From an uncultured archaeon (lineage in GTDB: Archaea > Asgardarchaeota > Thorarchaeia > Thorarchaeales > Thorarchaeaceae): 64,000 bases of DNA. The notes under the pieces are model-generated. The model was not told where the DNA came from, did no database searches, and saw only the letters and a program-made list of their open reading frames with translations. Shown here one piece after another: positions 1-10,792 of this stretch (its first letter is position 1; every line of letters starts with the position of its first letter). Both the position numbers and the translations under genes were made by a program. The DNA is taken from the NCBI GenBank assembly GCA_964473825.1, contig CAYYQL010000001.1, positions 1 through 64,000 of the forward strand, written 5' to 3'.

Positions 1-113
1 AACAAGAGCCCAATCCATGGCATCATACTGTTTTGCTGTCAGAACAAGGTTTTTCTGCGTTTAAATTGGGTTGTCGATATCAGAACATGGGATCTCACAA
101 CCTGGGGTGTTGA

Positions 114-746
114 GTGTTGTTAAGAACCAACCACAAGAACAATGCAGTAAATGGCATCTTGGATCAGGCCTCTGTCCTGATGAAGAAATCCAGATTCTCT
201 GAGGCTGTGGACACTCTTGAAGAGGGAGCGCTCATTGACCCAGACAACTATCATATCTGGGAGCGAATTGTTGTCTGCAATCTTGAACTGAAACGACCCA
301 AGAAGGCCTTAGAGGCGCTTGAGAACGTGGTTAGAATTAGACCTTGTTCTGAGAAGGCATGGGCTGAGAAAGGATATCTACACCTGCTTCTTAATGAGAG
401 TGATGAGGGAATTGACGCTCTTCAAGAGAGTCTTCGGATAAGACCCAAGCGGAGCAGGGATTGGGAGTTCCTCGCTATTGCCCTTATTGCCCATGAGCGA
501 TGGGAGGAAGCTAAACACTCGCTTGAACGTGCCCTGAGCCTCAATCCAAACTCGGCTGTAGCTTGGTTCAACCTCGCTGTTTGTTTCCTCATCGAGGAAT
601 CCTATAGTGAGGCCTTGCAGGCCGCAGAAACGGCTTTTGCCATTGACCCAGGTCTCCAACCCTTGGCTGACGAATGGATTGACCTGTTGCGTCAAGACGA
701 TCTTTTCGAGCTGGGCATTTCTGACGAGTATCCAGCTGCAGGCTAG
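114..746 (+). CDS. Tetratricopeptide repeat protein
   Basis: Repeated ~34-aa TPR-like units (AWAEKG, DWEFLA, AWFNLA ... A..L.P). Confidence 0.85.
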   Translation: MLLRTNHKNNAVNGILDQASVLMKKSRFSEAVDTLEEGALIDPDNYHIWERIVVCNLELKRPKKALEALENVVRIRPCSEKAWAEKGYLHLLLNESDEGIDALQESLRIRPKRSRDWEFLAIALIAHERWEEAKHSLERALSLNPNSAVAWFNLAVCFLIEESYSEALQAAETAFAIDPGLQPLADEWIDLLRQDDLFELGISDEYPAAG

Positions 747-758
747 AGAGATCTGCGG

Positions 759-2705
759 TTACTCCTCTTCAGTGTCCATTGTATCTACGTCTGATGACAC
801 ATGCTCTCTAGCTGGATCGATTCCTTCCAGCGCATTGAGTTCATTCTCAATGTTCCGAATCTCTTCCTTTAGACCATGTTGTTCTGCGGTTTCAAGCGCT
901 TGTTGCAGTGCGCCCTTCAGACGTTCCCTCTCCTGCTGCCGTTCCACAGAATCCTCGATTGAGAGCAATGTGCTCCTTCTCTTTGGCATGACTTTCAGAA
1001 GGCCGTTGACTGCCGCCATAGCCTCATCCCTATCAGTGATTTCTTCTTCTTCACCGTTCTCTGAAGCTTCAAGAATGCGAAATATCTGGTCTTCTATCTG
1101 TTTGTGTTCTTCTATCGCTTCTTCGAGAATGGCACGAACCTCTTCATCATCGTCATCCACTTCATCAAGCCGCTTTTCGAGCCTCTCCACGGCATTCTCA
1201 AGAAACGCCTTCCTTTGAGCAAGTGTGGTCCTCCGACGCTCCATCCAGCGCCATTCACTCATTATGCCATGAGTCAGCGCGACAACCTGCTGTACCTTGT
1301 CACGATATTGCTCAACTTTTTGCTTAGCGTCCCGAAGGTCTGACTCTAGGCTATCGGCAACATATGACAACTGGTAAGCAAGCATATCTCCAGCCTGCGC
1401 TTCTGCAAGCACACGGCTCTCTTTGACTGCAGATGCAGCCTCCCTCCAGAGCTTTTCGAGTTCCTTCTCCTCTATTTCTGTCCTACCTTTCAATTCTAGC
1501 TCATCTGATATCTGTTCAATGCGGGCATTGATATCCTGAAGCTCCACAATCTTGCTGCGGAGAAGCGCCCTTCCCAGCTTCGTGTTAAGCTCACGTGTGA
1601 GTTTCTCTTGTTCCTCAGGAACCTCTAGCAGTGCATGGCTATTGTCAATCAGTAGTTGAAGTGCTTTCTCGAATTGGGTCACAGCATTGTGATACTCTCC
1701 CTCTTTGAGCAAGGATTCACCCTTCTGTTTCAATTCAAGAACGCCTTCTAGAACGTCATATGGAGAAGTACTTAGTAAACTCGCACCAAACTCCATGCCA
1801 GCCTCAGAGTCAAGATCAAGAGGAACCTCACCAAGAGAGAAGTGCTCAACCAGAATTCCCTCATCAGTCGCGAGGTACATATATTCGCCATCAACACTGA
1901 GGAAGCTGATATCGCCATCTTCAATCTCTGTTGATCCAATCTCAGCCCCGCTTTTCAAGTCCCAGATGCCGATGGTTTTGGTGCCGATGACTGCAACAAG
2001 ATACTGGTTGTTATTCCACATATGCCTGACTGGTTCATTAATGCCAAGGCTTAGCGTCTTCACAAGGTGAAATTCAACTCGATCCCAGAGCTTTATCTCA
2101 CCTGAACCAAACCCTGCTATCAGGAATTCGTTGTTCCCAGAAATATCTGTGCATTTCTCTTTTCCCTCAAGCTCTGTTATTTCAGATGGGGCTTGGTCTG
2201 CGTTGTAGCTCCATACTCTGGGCCTATCCTTCTTCGAGCAAGTGCATATGATATCAGCGTTTGCCCACAGTGATGAGATGTCCGAGTTATGCAGCTGCCA
2301 CGAACTTGTTTCGTGTGTGTCTTTGCGAATCGAAACGAGCCGCCCCTCTTTGGCGCCAACGTAAAGATATTCTCCATGAATCATCGATGTGGCAGCTTGG
2401 TAACTCAGCTCGAACCATCCTATCATGCCCCAAGTATGCTTTTTCCATACATAGACTCGTTTCTCACATGTGGTGTAGATGTACTCATCATCGATATGAA
2501 GTCCAAAGGGTGCAGAACTTGTGTCACCTAGCGTGGCAACTAGATGCCAATTGGACTTGGCCCATACTCTGACCTTCATATCCTTACAAGCAGCATAGAC
2601 ATGTTCATCGTCATGCACAACCGATAAGACGTCGGTCTCGAGCAGCGTAATAGTCTCATGACGAAGAGGAACTGTCTCCGCTGAACCTCCAGTAGGGCTC
2701 GACAT
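759..2705 (-). CDS. WD40/beta-propeller protein with C-terminal helical (TPR/MIT-like) and coiled-coil region
   Basis: N-terminal ~290 aa of WD-like repeats (VRVW, VYVW, IKLWD, IGIWD), then GEYHNAVTQFEKALQL helix and long acidic/basic heptads. Confidence 0.8.
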   Translation of the reverse strand: MSSPTGGSAETVPLRHETITLLETDVLSVVHDDEHVYAACKDMKVRVWAKSNWHLVATLGDTSSAPFGLHIDDEYIYTTCEKRVYVWKKHTWGMIGWFELSYQAATSMIHGEYLYVGAKEGRLVSIRKDTHETSSWQLHNSDISSLWANADIICTCSKKDRPRVWSYNADQAPSEITELEGKEKCTDISGNNEFLIAGFGSGEIKLWDRVEFHLVKTLSLGINEPVRHMWNNNQYLVAVIGTKTIGIWDLKSGAEIGSTEIEDGDISFLSVDGEYMYLATDEGILVEHFSLGEVPLDLDSEAGMEFGASLLSTSPYDVLEGVLELKQKGESLLKEGEYHNAVTQFEKALQLLIDNSHALLEVPEEQEKLTRELNTKLGRALLRSKIVELQDINARIEQISDELELKGRTEIEEKELEKLWREAASAVKESRVLAEAQAGDMLAYQLSYVADSLESDLRDAKQKVEQYRDKVQQVVALTHGIMSEWRWMERRRTTLAQRKAFLENAVERLEKRLDEVDDDDEEVRAILEEAIEEHKQIEDQIFRILEASENGEEEEITDRDEAMAAVNGLLKVMPKRRSTLLSIEDSVERQQERERLKGALQQALETAEQHGLKEEIRNIENELNALEGIDPAREHVSSDVDTMDTEEE

Positions 2706-2902
2706 TCTATCGACTCGCCTAGCTTTCCCTTACGCAGGGTCCTATGTAGAACTTAAGGCATTTTCGTGTGCTAATAAAACAATGCTTTGTCACAATAGGA
2801 GAGGCCTGTCATAGAAATATACAAGTCTGGGAGGAGCTACGGAGAACACACTTAAAACATAGCGCACTGACAAAGACTAGGCCCCATGAAGGAGGTAGGC
2901 AT

Positions 2903-5590
2903 TTGGACTTGAATACTTGGCGACGCGAGCTAGACCGTGTTTCCGAAATGAAAGGTATGCTAGTGCTACTTAATCTCTCACTAGAAGAACAAGTAGACAG
3001 AAAGGTGAGGCATCTTTATGATGCCTTTGCAAAATTGTCGAAGACAGAAAGCGAGCTTGAAGACGCCGGATTCTTCTCAAAGAGGAAGGTCAAATCCAAA
3101 GTCGAGAATACCGAGGGCGACGTTGAAGAGGACTTCATGCGTCTCATTCGTGATTTCGCAGAGCTTTTCCGCAAGACACATCGGGAAGTCATGGGCATGG
3201 TCCCAACAATTCAGGAGATCAAGCCAGCAGATGCAAAAGCACTTTCAGCTGTCTCTGTTCCAGCGATAGGAGCTGGCGACTTCAAGGATGCAGCGCACTT
3301 GTACGAATTTGCAGATGCGTTCACGAAGAAGTACAGCAGCCTCCATCAGGAACTAGCTCGGGATGCAAAGGAACTCCTGGATGAAAACAAGAGAATTGTT
3401 GAAACCTACGAGAGGCATATCACTATAGACCGGAGTGAAGTTGCAACAACGGTCTCTATTGACGAAGTATCTCACCTGCCGATTCCCGAGATTCTATCTC
3501 TTATGAAGAAGCTCCAAGTAGAGAGGACATACCTTGACGGTCGCAAGGATGAAGTCTCACGAATGCTCAGCGTCTCTCTCATGTCTGATATCGAGTCCCT
3601 CCAGGCCTCGGTTGAAACTGCTACTAGACTGGGTCTGAGCCTTCCAATGGACTTTCCCCAGAAGCTTCGCGAATTAGCAAGAGATGCATCCAAAGCCACG
3701 ACGCTTACTACCCTACTGTCTTTGGAGAACCAACTCGATACTGCTAGGCTCCAAGTTGCCAACATGTTAAGGGACAGAATCATCAACATGAAGCATGAGG
3801 TGACTAGTAAGATAGTTGAAGGGGGCATCCCCACGTCTTCAGCAGTTATACCTCAAGCTCCCGTATTCTCAGTCGACAACGAGGACATTGCCTCCCTGCT
3901 CTCCTCCTATCAGAAGATGGTTGAATGGGAGGGGCAAGTCAAGATTGCTTTGAAGGACAAAGTTGAAGAAACCCTCGATGAGGTTGACAAGGCAGCTGAT
4001 GTTCCCGACGACACTGGAATAAAGGATCTATCAAGCGTACGCAAGTTTGTATCGAGTTCAAGGAAGGAGCTTGAGAAGGCCGACGTTGACGGCATGATCA
4101 AGATCTACCTCAAGGCCAAGAGCATACGCGATGATGCCAAGCAGGAGCTGGCCGACAAGATACGGAGCTACCTTGCTAGATTCAACGAGCTCGCAACATC
4201 TGCCGACAGGGTGCTAGATTATGCACAACTGAGTAAGAAAGCGCCCAAGGTTGAAGATCTCGAAGGGAGCATAGTCTATCTTATTGAGAGTCTCAACAAT
4301 CTCAGGAATGCGGTTGAAAGCGGTGTGGCAACTTTCAGAGATGCCTGCAAACAGGAGGTAAACGCTATCATCGAGGACCTCCAAACGATAAAACCGGAAT
4401 ATGCAGAAATCTTCATGCCGATAATCGTGAATCTAGAAGACGGTGCCACTACCCTGGACAAGAAAGATGATTTCGGTGCACTGAGGTCTGAGATGCGGAC
4501 AATCAAGGATTCAATTCTGGCAAAGGCAAGAGACTCATTGGAGAATCTCAGATACCGGCTACGTGTTAAGATTCGACTTGCCGCGGCAAAACTCATGGGA
4601 GCAGGTGTAACGATACCCCCAGATGTTCAAGAAGCAATCAGTGAACTGAACAACATTGGAGTCGCAGCGGATACTGTATTCAGCCTGCCGGCAATAGCTC
4701 GCAAGATGATTGAGATATACGAGCAAAAGATCAGTTCTGAAGTGATCGACCTGCTCATGGAAGAAGTCGATGACTTGGAGCAGTCATTTGAGAAGGCAGA
4801 GAGCATTGGAGTGGAGGTAACGAAGGAGCTTGATGCTCTCAGAAAAATCAAGTCGGAACCACCACGTGACCTTGAAGCCGCTGCCGAGGACTTTGACAGG
4901 CTTGCCAATCTCACAACATCCCAAGATCTTCACAAGAAGATCAGAAGCAGAGTGGATGAAGCATACAATCAGATCAAAGATGCAATTCATCTCTTCGAGG
5001 AAGAAGGCATGTCGGAGTTTGTGGCGCGCTTGAACACGTTGGTTGAGCAGGTACCAGTACAACTGGAAGCAGAATCTAAACATATCAACGAGGCACTAGA
5101 TGTCTGCCTGACATTGGCAAACGTGCAAGAGGAGATGCTCACAGTAATCAAGAGCATTGCTAACAAGGACTCGGAGATTTTTGAGTCTGAACTGCGTGAG
5201 AAGAGCGAGTACTATTCGACAATAGAACGTGTCTTTGAGAAACATCCGAAGGACTTCAGTGCGAAGATCTACCCGCTTGACCGTATGTATGAATTGGAAG
5301 CGAAGCTGAATGAGGCACTGGTTCTGGATGAAGCACTTGAACATTTTAAAGAGCTCAAGAAACTCCGCAAGGGATGGATTGACAAAGCAGAGAAGATGGA
5401 CGACTGGCACAAATCACTGAAAATGTTCATGGGCGGATTCAGTCCAGCTGAGAGCGCAGAGAAACGGGATGAATTCTTGGATGATGCTGTACGGAAAATC
5501 CGCGAGACCTACAGCAGAGAGGACATAAGCTCATACCTATCATGGGCAGTTCGAGTTATAGCGGACACAATGGTTCAGAAACGGGGATAA
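2903..5590 (+). CDS. Large all-helical/coiled-coil protein (~895 aa)
   Basis: Long ORF 2768-5590; likely TTG start at 2903 after GGAGGT at 2891-2896; heptad-rich with no recognisable catalytic motif. Confidence 0.75.
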   Translation: MDLNTWRRELDRVSEMKGMLVLLNLSLEEQVDRKVRHLYDAFAKLSKTESELEDAGFFSKRKVKSKVENTEGDVEEDFMRLIRDFAELFRKTHREVMGMVPTIQEIKPADAKALSAVSVPAIGAGDFKDAAHLYEFADAFTKKYSSLHQELARDAKELLDENKRIVETYERHITIDRSEVATTVSIDEVSHLPIPEILSLMKKLQVERTYLDGRKDEVSRMLSVSLMSDIESLQASVETATRLGLSLPMDFPQKLRELARDASKATTLTTLLSLENQLDTARLQVANMLRDRIINMKHEVTSKIVEGGIPTSSAVIPQAPVFSVDNEDIASLLSSYQKMVEWEGQVKIALKDKVEETLDEVDKAADVPDDTGIKDLSSVRKFVSSSRKELEKADVDGMIKIYLKAKSIRDDAKQELADKIRSYLARFNELATSADRVLDYAQLSKKAPKVEDLEGSIVYLIESLNNLRNAVESGVATFRDACKQEVNAIIEDLQTIKPEYAEIFMPIIVNLEDGATTLDKKDDFGALRSEMRTIKDSILAKARDSLENLRYRLRVKIRLAAAKLMGAGVTIPPDVQEAISELNNIGVAADTVFSLPAIARKMIEIYEQKISSEVIDLLMEEVDDLEQSFEKAESIGVEVTKELDALRKIKSEPPRDLEAAAEDFDRLANLTTSQDLHKKIRSRVDEAYNQIKDAIHLFEEEGMSEFVARLNTLVEQVPVQLEAESKHINEALDVCLTLANVQEEMLTVIKSIANKDSEIFESELREKSEYYSTIERVFEKHPKDFSAKIYPLDRMYELEAKLNEALVLDEALEHFKELKKLRKGWIDKAEKMDDWHKSLKMFMGGFSPAESAEKRDEFLDDAVRKIRETYSREDISSYLSWAVRVIADTMVQKRG

Positions 5591-5594
5591 TATC

Positions 5595-6980
5595 ATGTTT
5601 CGAGATAGTTCAAAGAAGAGTGAGGATGAGTCTACGAAAGCGGCCGAGGTATTCGCCATAGGTATTGGTGAGGCAGGCTCAAACATAGTCGGTTCATACC
5701 TCAAGGCGAGCCGAGACCGTAAGCTACCATCACGGGTCAGAGGATATCTTCTGATGAACACCGACAGAGCAGACCTTACTAAGGTCAGATCGAAATATGG
5801 CATTCCTAAGGAACACACCTTGCTCTATGGTTCATCGGAAATCGGAGTTGGTGGTCGTTTCATGGATGGGTATCAGGCTGTCATGGACTCGAAGGACATA
5901 ATCTTTGACCAACTCAGTAACCTCGGGTTTGAGGGTGTTTCTGGCTTCTGTATATTCACTAGCCTCGGGGGCGGAACTGGATGCGGCGGTACGCCGGCAG
6001 TGATTGAGCTCCTCAAGCAGCGATTCCAAGAGGAGGAAGGCCGCAGGATTTTCGTCTATGTGATCGGCATTCTTCCCTTTGAAGGACAATCAAGTGAAGC
6101 ACTCAACTCCATATGGGCGGTCTCCAAACTATTGCGTGCACAGCTACAGGAACGTGGGGCGGACCTAACCATTCTCCTGAGTAACAGGACAATGCTGAAA
6201 CGAATCCTCCAGTCACGAAGAGGCGACAGCGTTGATTATCTTGAGCGAGAGCTTAACGTCGACATAGCCAGTGTAGGCTCAATCGAAACAATGGTACCCT
6301 CAACTCTCGATGAGGCGACTGAGATCGAGGAGAGAACCGAACAAGCCTTTGTAGAGCTTGTCAATCCGCTTGCTCTTGATGTTGTTGAAGCAATGCTCTC
6401 ACCAGGCGTCTATGAGGCACATAAGGATGTATTCCCCACAACAGATCTCGCAGATTATGCGCGGAAGCTGGATCCAGTAGTCGTGCCTGCACTGTACACA
6501 GACGTAGGGCTGATTCCCGACGCCGGGAGCATGCCAAAACAGCTCCGAACCATGATCGAGTATGCCGTGAAGGAGTGTTCATATGCAGACGTCGGCGAGG
6601 AGCCTAATGCCGAGAGCGTCTACTACGTCTTCAGCGGACCGCGACATATCTCGAAGGCAGAATATGGTATGCATCTCAAAGAAGCTCTCGACCAGTTCAT
6701 TGCACCAGGAGCTGCCATCACCCCATGTTATGTTCAATATGAAACGAGGGACTACGCAACTAATCTCTTGTTGCTTCTCGGATTACCGAAGATTCCAGAG
6801 CTTGTTCAGCTTATCAAAGAAGCGACACAGCTCGTCAATCTCCATAGTGGCCCATCTCCGTTGAAACAGAGTTGGTTCATGAGATCTAAGGGGACATCAC
6901 GGAAAGAACTCGTCAGCGCTATCAACGACTTCCGAGAGTTGTTCAGCTATTACATGGAAGCGAGTACACCAACAGACTAG
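5595..6980 (+). CDS. Divergent tubulin/FtsZ-superfamily GTPase (CetZ/tubulin-like)
   Basis: IGIGEAGSNI (T1), NTD, GVGG, SLGGGTGCG signature (T4), ILPFEGQ...LNS, TDLAD (T7-like). Confidence 0.85.
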   Translation: MFRDSSKKSEDESTKAAEVFAIGIGEAGSNIVGSYLKASRDRKLPSRVRGYLLMNTDRADLTKVRSKYGIPKEHTLLYGSSEIGVGGRFMDGYQAVMDSKDIIFDQLSNLGFEGVSGFCIFTSLGGGTGCGGTPAVIELLKQRFQEEEGRRIFVYVIGILPFEGQSSEALNSIWAVSKLLRAQLQERGADLTILLSNRTMLKRILQSRRGDSVDYLERELNVDIASVGSIETMVPSTLDEATEIEERTEQAFVELVNPLALDVVEAMLSPGVYEAHKDVFPTTDLADYARKLDPVVVPALYTDVGLIPDAGSMPKQLRTMIEYAVKECSYADVGEEPNAESVYYVFSGPRHISKAEYGMHLKEALDQFIAPGAAITPCYVQYETRDYATNLLLLLGLPKIPELVQLIKEATQLVNLHSGPSPLKQSWFMRSKGTSRKELVSAINDFRELFSYYMEASTPTD

Positions 6981-8060
6981 ATGAAGGAGTTAATAGGTTT
7001 GACAGAAGAATTCCGAGTGGAGGACCTTATCGACAGGGTGCTTCTAGTTGAGACCCTTAACTCTACTCTGATTCACTTCCTGCTCAGTTCACAGGTGGAG
7101 GGATCAATAGATCCAGATCGTGTTGACTCCCTCACACAGGGACTCCTTCGCACCCGAAGATGGATTGAAGAGACCACGTCCACCAAAGGTATTCCTCAAT
7201 CTACCGCCAACATTCTCGGACTTATCGTCAAGAGGATGGCGCAGCTGGAGAGTTTGTTGCCCAAGCTCTCCCAGAAGGCCAAAGCTCTAGAAGTGGGCAA
7301 AGAAGCTCAGGAGATCCTCACGATACTTGAAGGAGGACCCAAAGCCACCGGAAAGGCTATTCCTTCTAAAGATGCGTCAGCGAAAGAACACGAGGGAATC
7401 GGCACTATGATACGTGCTGAATCAGGAACACCGCCAGAGCCTTACAAGAAGGTAGAAGTCGAAGACGACGAATGGGGGATGATTGGACAGACAAACCGAA
7501 TGATCAACCAGTATTCGAAGCGTTGTCATGTTCTCCTTCCCATGTTCTGGCTTGAAGTCATGAAGGAGATCCACAGGTACCGCTCTGAATCGCCTCACAT
7601 GTCTGACGCAATAGAGATTCCTAATCAGATACTTGTCAGGATTGTGAAAGGACTTCTCACTGAAGCCCCAGGAGCACGGCTGCTTCAAGATCTTGCTAAA
7701 CATCGCCCACCAGAGAAGTACTTGGATCCAGGCGAAAAAGAGAGGATTGAACGAGCTGTTGCGAAGTACTTCGCTGGTCTTGAGGGCATCCTCAAGGGTG
7801 AAGAACCCAACCCTGATGAGAAAATCAGTGAGGCGCAGACTGCGTTTGACGGATTCGGCTGGGGCGGCCCCGAACTGGAAAAGCGACTCATCAAGAGAAT
7901 AAACCAGAGATGCCAAGAGGCAATCCAGAGTGCCGAACAAGTAACCGATGCCCCCCGAAAGGTGATCTTCGCTGAGACCGCCAAGATGCTCTGCAAGCTC
8001 CAGCATGCGATTCTGGCCGAGCCGAGACTGCGGGAGATTCTCGCTCAGATGAAGCCTTAA
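6981..8060 (+). CDS. Hypothetical helical protein, third gene of the tubulin-like operon
   Basis: 359-aa ORF starting immediately after the GTPase stop codon. Confidence 0.7.
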   Translation: MKELIGLTEEFRVEDLIDRVLLVETLNSTLIHFLLSSQVEGSIDPDRVDSLTQGLLRTRRWIEETTSTKGIPQSTANILGLIVKRMAQLESLLPKLSQKAKALEVGKEAQEILTILEGGPKATGKAIPSKDASAKEHEGIGTMIRAESGTPPEPYKKVEVEDDEWGMIGQTNRMINQYSKRCHVLLPMFWLEVMKEIHRYRSESPHMSDAIEIPNQILVRIVKGLLTEAPGARLLQDLAKHRPPEKYLDPGEKERIERAVAKYFAGLEGILKGEEPNPDEKISEAQTAFDGFGWGGPELEKRLIKRINQRCQEAIQSAEQVTDAPRKVIFAETAKMLCKLQHAILAEPRLREILAQMKP

Positions 8061-8137
8061 TCCAAGTATGGAAGACAGAAGTCGTATTCCATATAAGGAG
8101 CAAATGTAATCTCTACTAAAGTTCACAGGGGATTACA

Positions 8138-9544
8138 GTGTTAGGTCTCGACATCATGCTCAACCCAAAAGTCGCCGCAGTTGTAGGTGTTTCAACGTCA
8201 AATCCGTTCAGCCCCGGCAATGTCATCTTCCGCAAGCTACGCTTTGAGAACGGATTGAAGACATTTCCCATCAATCCAAAGGGCGGAAAAGTCGAGGGAA
8301 TCAAGGTCTATCCCACTCTGACCGACTGTCCCAACGAAATCGACTTAGTGGTCATCTCTGTCCCGGCCAAGTACGTCCCATCAGTCTTGAAAGAGGTGGG
8401 CGAACTAGGCATTGAGGCGGCCATCGTTGTATCTGGCGGTTTCAGCGAAACGGGGAAGACTGGAGCAAACCTGCAAGAAGAAATCGTTGAGATCGCTGAA
8501 CAATACAACATCACCATGGTAGGGCCAAACTGTATCGGCGTCTTTGTCCCGGACAGAGTAGACACTTTCTTTCTGCCCTCGGAGAGAGTTGCACGGCCAC
8601 GACACGGCAATGTTGCCATCATCTCACAGAGCGGGGGATGGCTTGTGGAGAGACTGGAGGAGTTTGCCTCTCGTGACCTTGGCATTGCGGCTGCAGTGTC
8701 GATAGGCAATGCCGCCCAGACTGAAGTAACGGACTTTATCCGTCATTTCGGACGAGATGAACGCGTTCGAGTGATTCTTGCATACATCGAAGGATTCTCC
8801 AAAGGAGAAGGTCGAGAGTTTGTCAAAGCTTGTTCTGAGATAGCACCCAAGAAACCAGTCGTCGTGTTGAAGGGTGGTCAGTCAGAGTCGGGACACAGAG
8901 CCACACAGAGTCATACATCTTCGCTTGCAGGTGATTCAGAGGTGACATCAGCAGCCTTCAGACAATATGGCGTGATTGAGGCGGAAGATGAGGACCATGT
9001 GATGGCTTACTCCAAGGTCTTCTCATCTGAAGTGAAGCCCATGATGGGCAAGAGAGTGGGGGCTCTCACCGTCAGCGGCGGACACGGCGTTATTGCAACT
9101 GATGAGGCTGCATATCATGGTCTCGAGTTTCCGCTCTTCAAAGAAGAGGATCAAGAGAGAATGAGGCAGGCAATGACAGAAGCATACAGAGGGATATCAT
9201 CTTTCCAAAACCCATGCGATTTGACAGGAAGTGCATCAGACATTGACTACGAGCGCGTCCTTGACGTTATGCTTGAAATCGACTACATCGATGCAGCATT
9301 ACTGCTTCTCCTTCCATACGCACCCGGGATCTCGTTGCAGATTGGCGCAAGAGTGGCGAATGTGGCCAAGAAGTACAGAAAAACCGTCGTGGCATACGTA
9401 CCCAATCTGGAGAAGTACAACATCATAATTCGGGGCTTTGAGCTCAATGGCATTCCTGTCGGGGACACTATCGAAGAGGCAGTCCAGATGCTGGACGGTA
9501 TCTGGGAGAGGTCCAGATTTCTTCGCAGGATAGGCGAACTCTGA
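8138..9544 (+). CDS. acdA: Acyl-CoA synthetase (ADP-forming) alpha subunit
   Basis: CoA-binding N-terminus (VAAVVGVS, PINPKG), GPNCIG, ISQSGG, SHTSSLAG phospho-His, NPCDLTG. Confidence 0.9.
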   Translation: MLGLDIMLNPKVAAVVGVSTSNPFSPGNVIFRKLRFENGLKTFPINPKGGKVEGIKVYPTLTDCPNEIDLVVISVPAKYVPSVLKEVGELGIEAAIVVSGGFSETGKTGANLQEEIVEIAEQYNITMVGPNCIGVFVPDRVDTFFLPSERVARPRHGNVAIISQSGGWLVERLEEFASRDLGIAAAVSIGNAAQTEVTDFIRHFGRDERVRVILAYIEGFSKGEGREFVKACSEIAPKKPVVVLKGGQSESGHRATQSHTSSLAGDSEVTSAAFRQYGVIEAEDEDHVMAYSKVFSSEVKPMMGKRVGALTVSGGHGVIATDEAAYHGLEFPLFKEEDQERMRQAMTEAYRGISSFQNPCDLTGSASDIDYERVLDVMLEIDYIDAALLLLLPYAPGISLQIGARVANVAKKYRKTVVAYVPNLEKYNIIIRGFELNGIPVGDTIEEAVQMLDGIWERSRFLRRIGEL

Positions 9545-9667
9545 ACACGAGCATAATGCATTGATACCCTTCAATAGATTGCTGCATATACCTTACGCGG
9601 AGAGATGCAACGGAGATTCAAGTTTCACGGGCCAAAATCACAGAATGAGCCACAAGTGAACGGACAT

Positions 9668-10792
9668 CTAGAAACGAGTGAACTTCCGATAGTCAATATC
9701 CACAGACTCAAGTGCCTTTGCCAGCTCTGCGCTTAGCAGAAGGGGACGTTCAACCAAATCCTCAGTAATCTCACAGCCATTGAGGTACATGGCAACTCGA
9801 AGCCCCTCTGTCAACTTCTTGATCTCCTGTACCACGAGGTCAGTGCTTCCTTCTACTGCAGGTCTGAGGAATGGATGTGCCACTCCAGCAGCCACAGCTC
9901 CGAGACTCAACGCTTTTGCAACGTCAAGGCCAGAACGGACCCCTCCAGTAGCTATGATATCCAAATCAGTGGCCTCCCTGACCATTATGATGCTGAGGGC
10001 TGTAGGAATTCCCCAGTCCCAGAAGTCGAGTCCTAACTGCGCCTTGATAAGGTTGTTTTCACGGAGAGCACGATAGTATTCCACAGCTGCCCAACTCGTT
10101 CCACCAACACCGCCCACATCCACTCCGTCGACGTCGGCCTCCTCAAGTGCTAGAGCTACGTTTGACGATATTCCGGCACCTGTCTCCTTGACAATCACGG
10201 GGATGTCAACAGAGTCCACAATCAATGCGATATTTTCAAGGACTCCAATGGAATTGCAGTCACCCTCGGGTTGAACAGCCTCCTGTAGCGTATTAAGGTG
10301 AATCGCCAGGATGTCTGCCTCAATCATTTGAACGGCCTCAGGTGCGCTCTTTACATGGGTTGCCCCAATATTGGCAATCACTGGAACAGAGGGCGCACTC
10401 TCTCTCACAATCTTGAAGGTATTCACTAAGGTCGGGTCTTCGAGTGCAGACCTCTGACTGCCAACGCCTATGGGAATCCGCATTTCTTCGGCAGCCTCTG
10501 CAAGGCGCTTGTTGATTTCAAGTGTATCTGGATGGCCGCCTGTCATGCCGGCTATGACAAGAGGAGCATCCGCGCGCAGTCCAAAGAAATTCGTCGTGAG
10601 ATCAATATCGTTCTTGTCAATCTCAGGTAGTGCATTATGAATGAACTCGATGTGTTCAAACATTGTTGAGCGTCTGCATTGCACATCTTCCTGAAGACAT
10701 ATCTCGATGTGTTCAAGCTTCCTACGCCGGGTCCGCGCGGCTTCAGGCGATGACGAATCGTTTCTCACTTCGGACTTGCTTCCTCGCGACAT
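9668..10792 (-). CDS. fni: Type 2 isopentenyl-diphosphate delta-isomerase
   Basis: RKLEH, GMTGG, GVGSQR, HLNTLQE..QPEGD, VIVKETGAG, GGTSW motifs; start uncertain (ORF extends to 10825). Confidence 0.95.
   Translation of the reverse strand: MSRGSKSEVRNDSSSPEAARTRRRKLEHIEICLQEDVQCRRSTMFEHIEFIHNALPEIDKNDIDLTTNFFGLRADAPLVIAGMTGGHPDTLEINKRLAEAAEEMRIPIGVGSQRSALEDPTLVNTFKIVRESAPSVPVIANIGATHVKSAPEAVQMIEADILAIHLNTLQEAVQPEGDCNSIGVLENIALIVDSVDIPVIVKETGAGISSNVALALEEADVDGVDVGGVGGTSWAAVEYYRALRENNLIKAQLGLDFWDWGIPTALSIIMVREATDLDIIATGGVRSGLDVAKALSLGAVAAGVAHPFLRPAVEGSTDLVVQEIKKLTEGLRVAMYLNGCEITEDLVERPLLLSAELAKALESVDIDYRKFTRF

Noticed and set aside
607-1218. Antisense ORFs such as 607-1218, 7422-8126 and 33997-34563
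   Set aside because: Shadow ORFs opposite well-supported genes
5595-6980. Calling the GTPase ftsZ or a true eukaryote-type tubulin
   Set aside because: T1 loop and C-terminus match neither family; a phylogeny is needed
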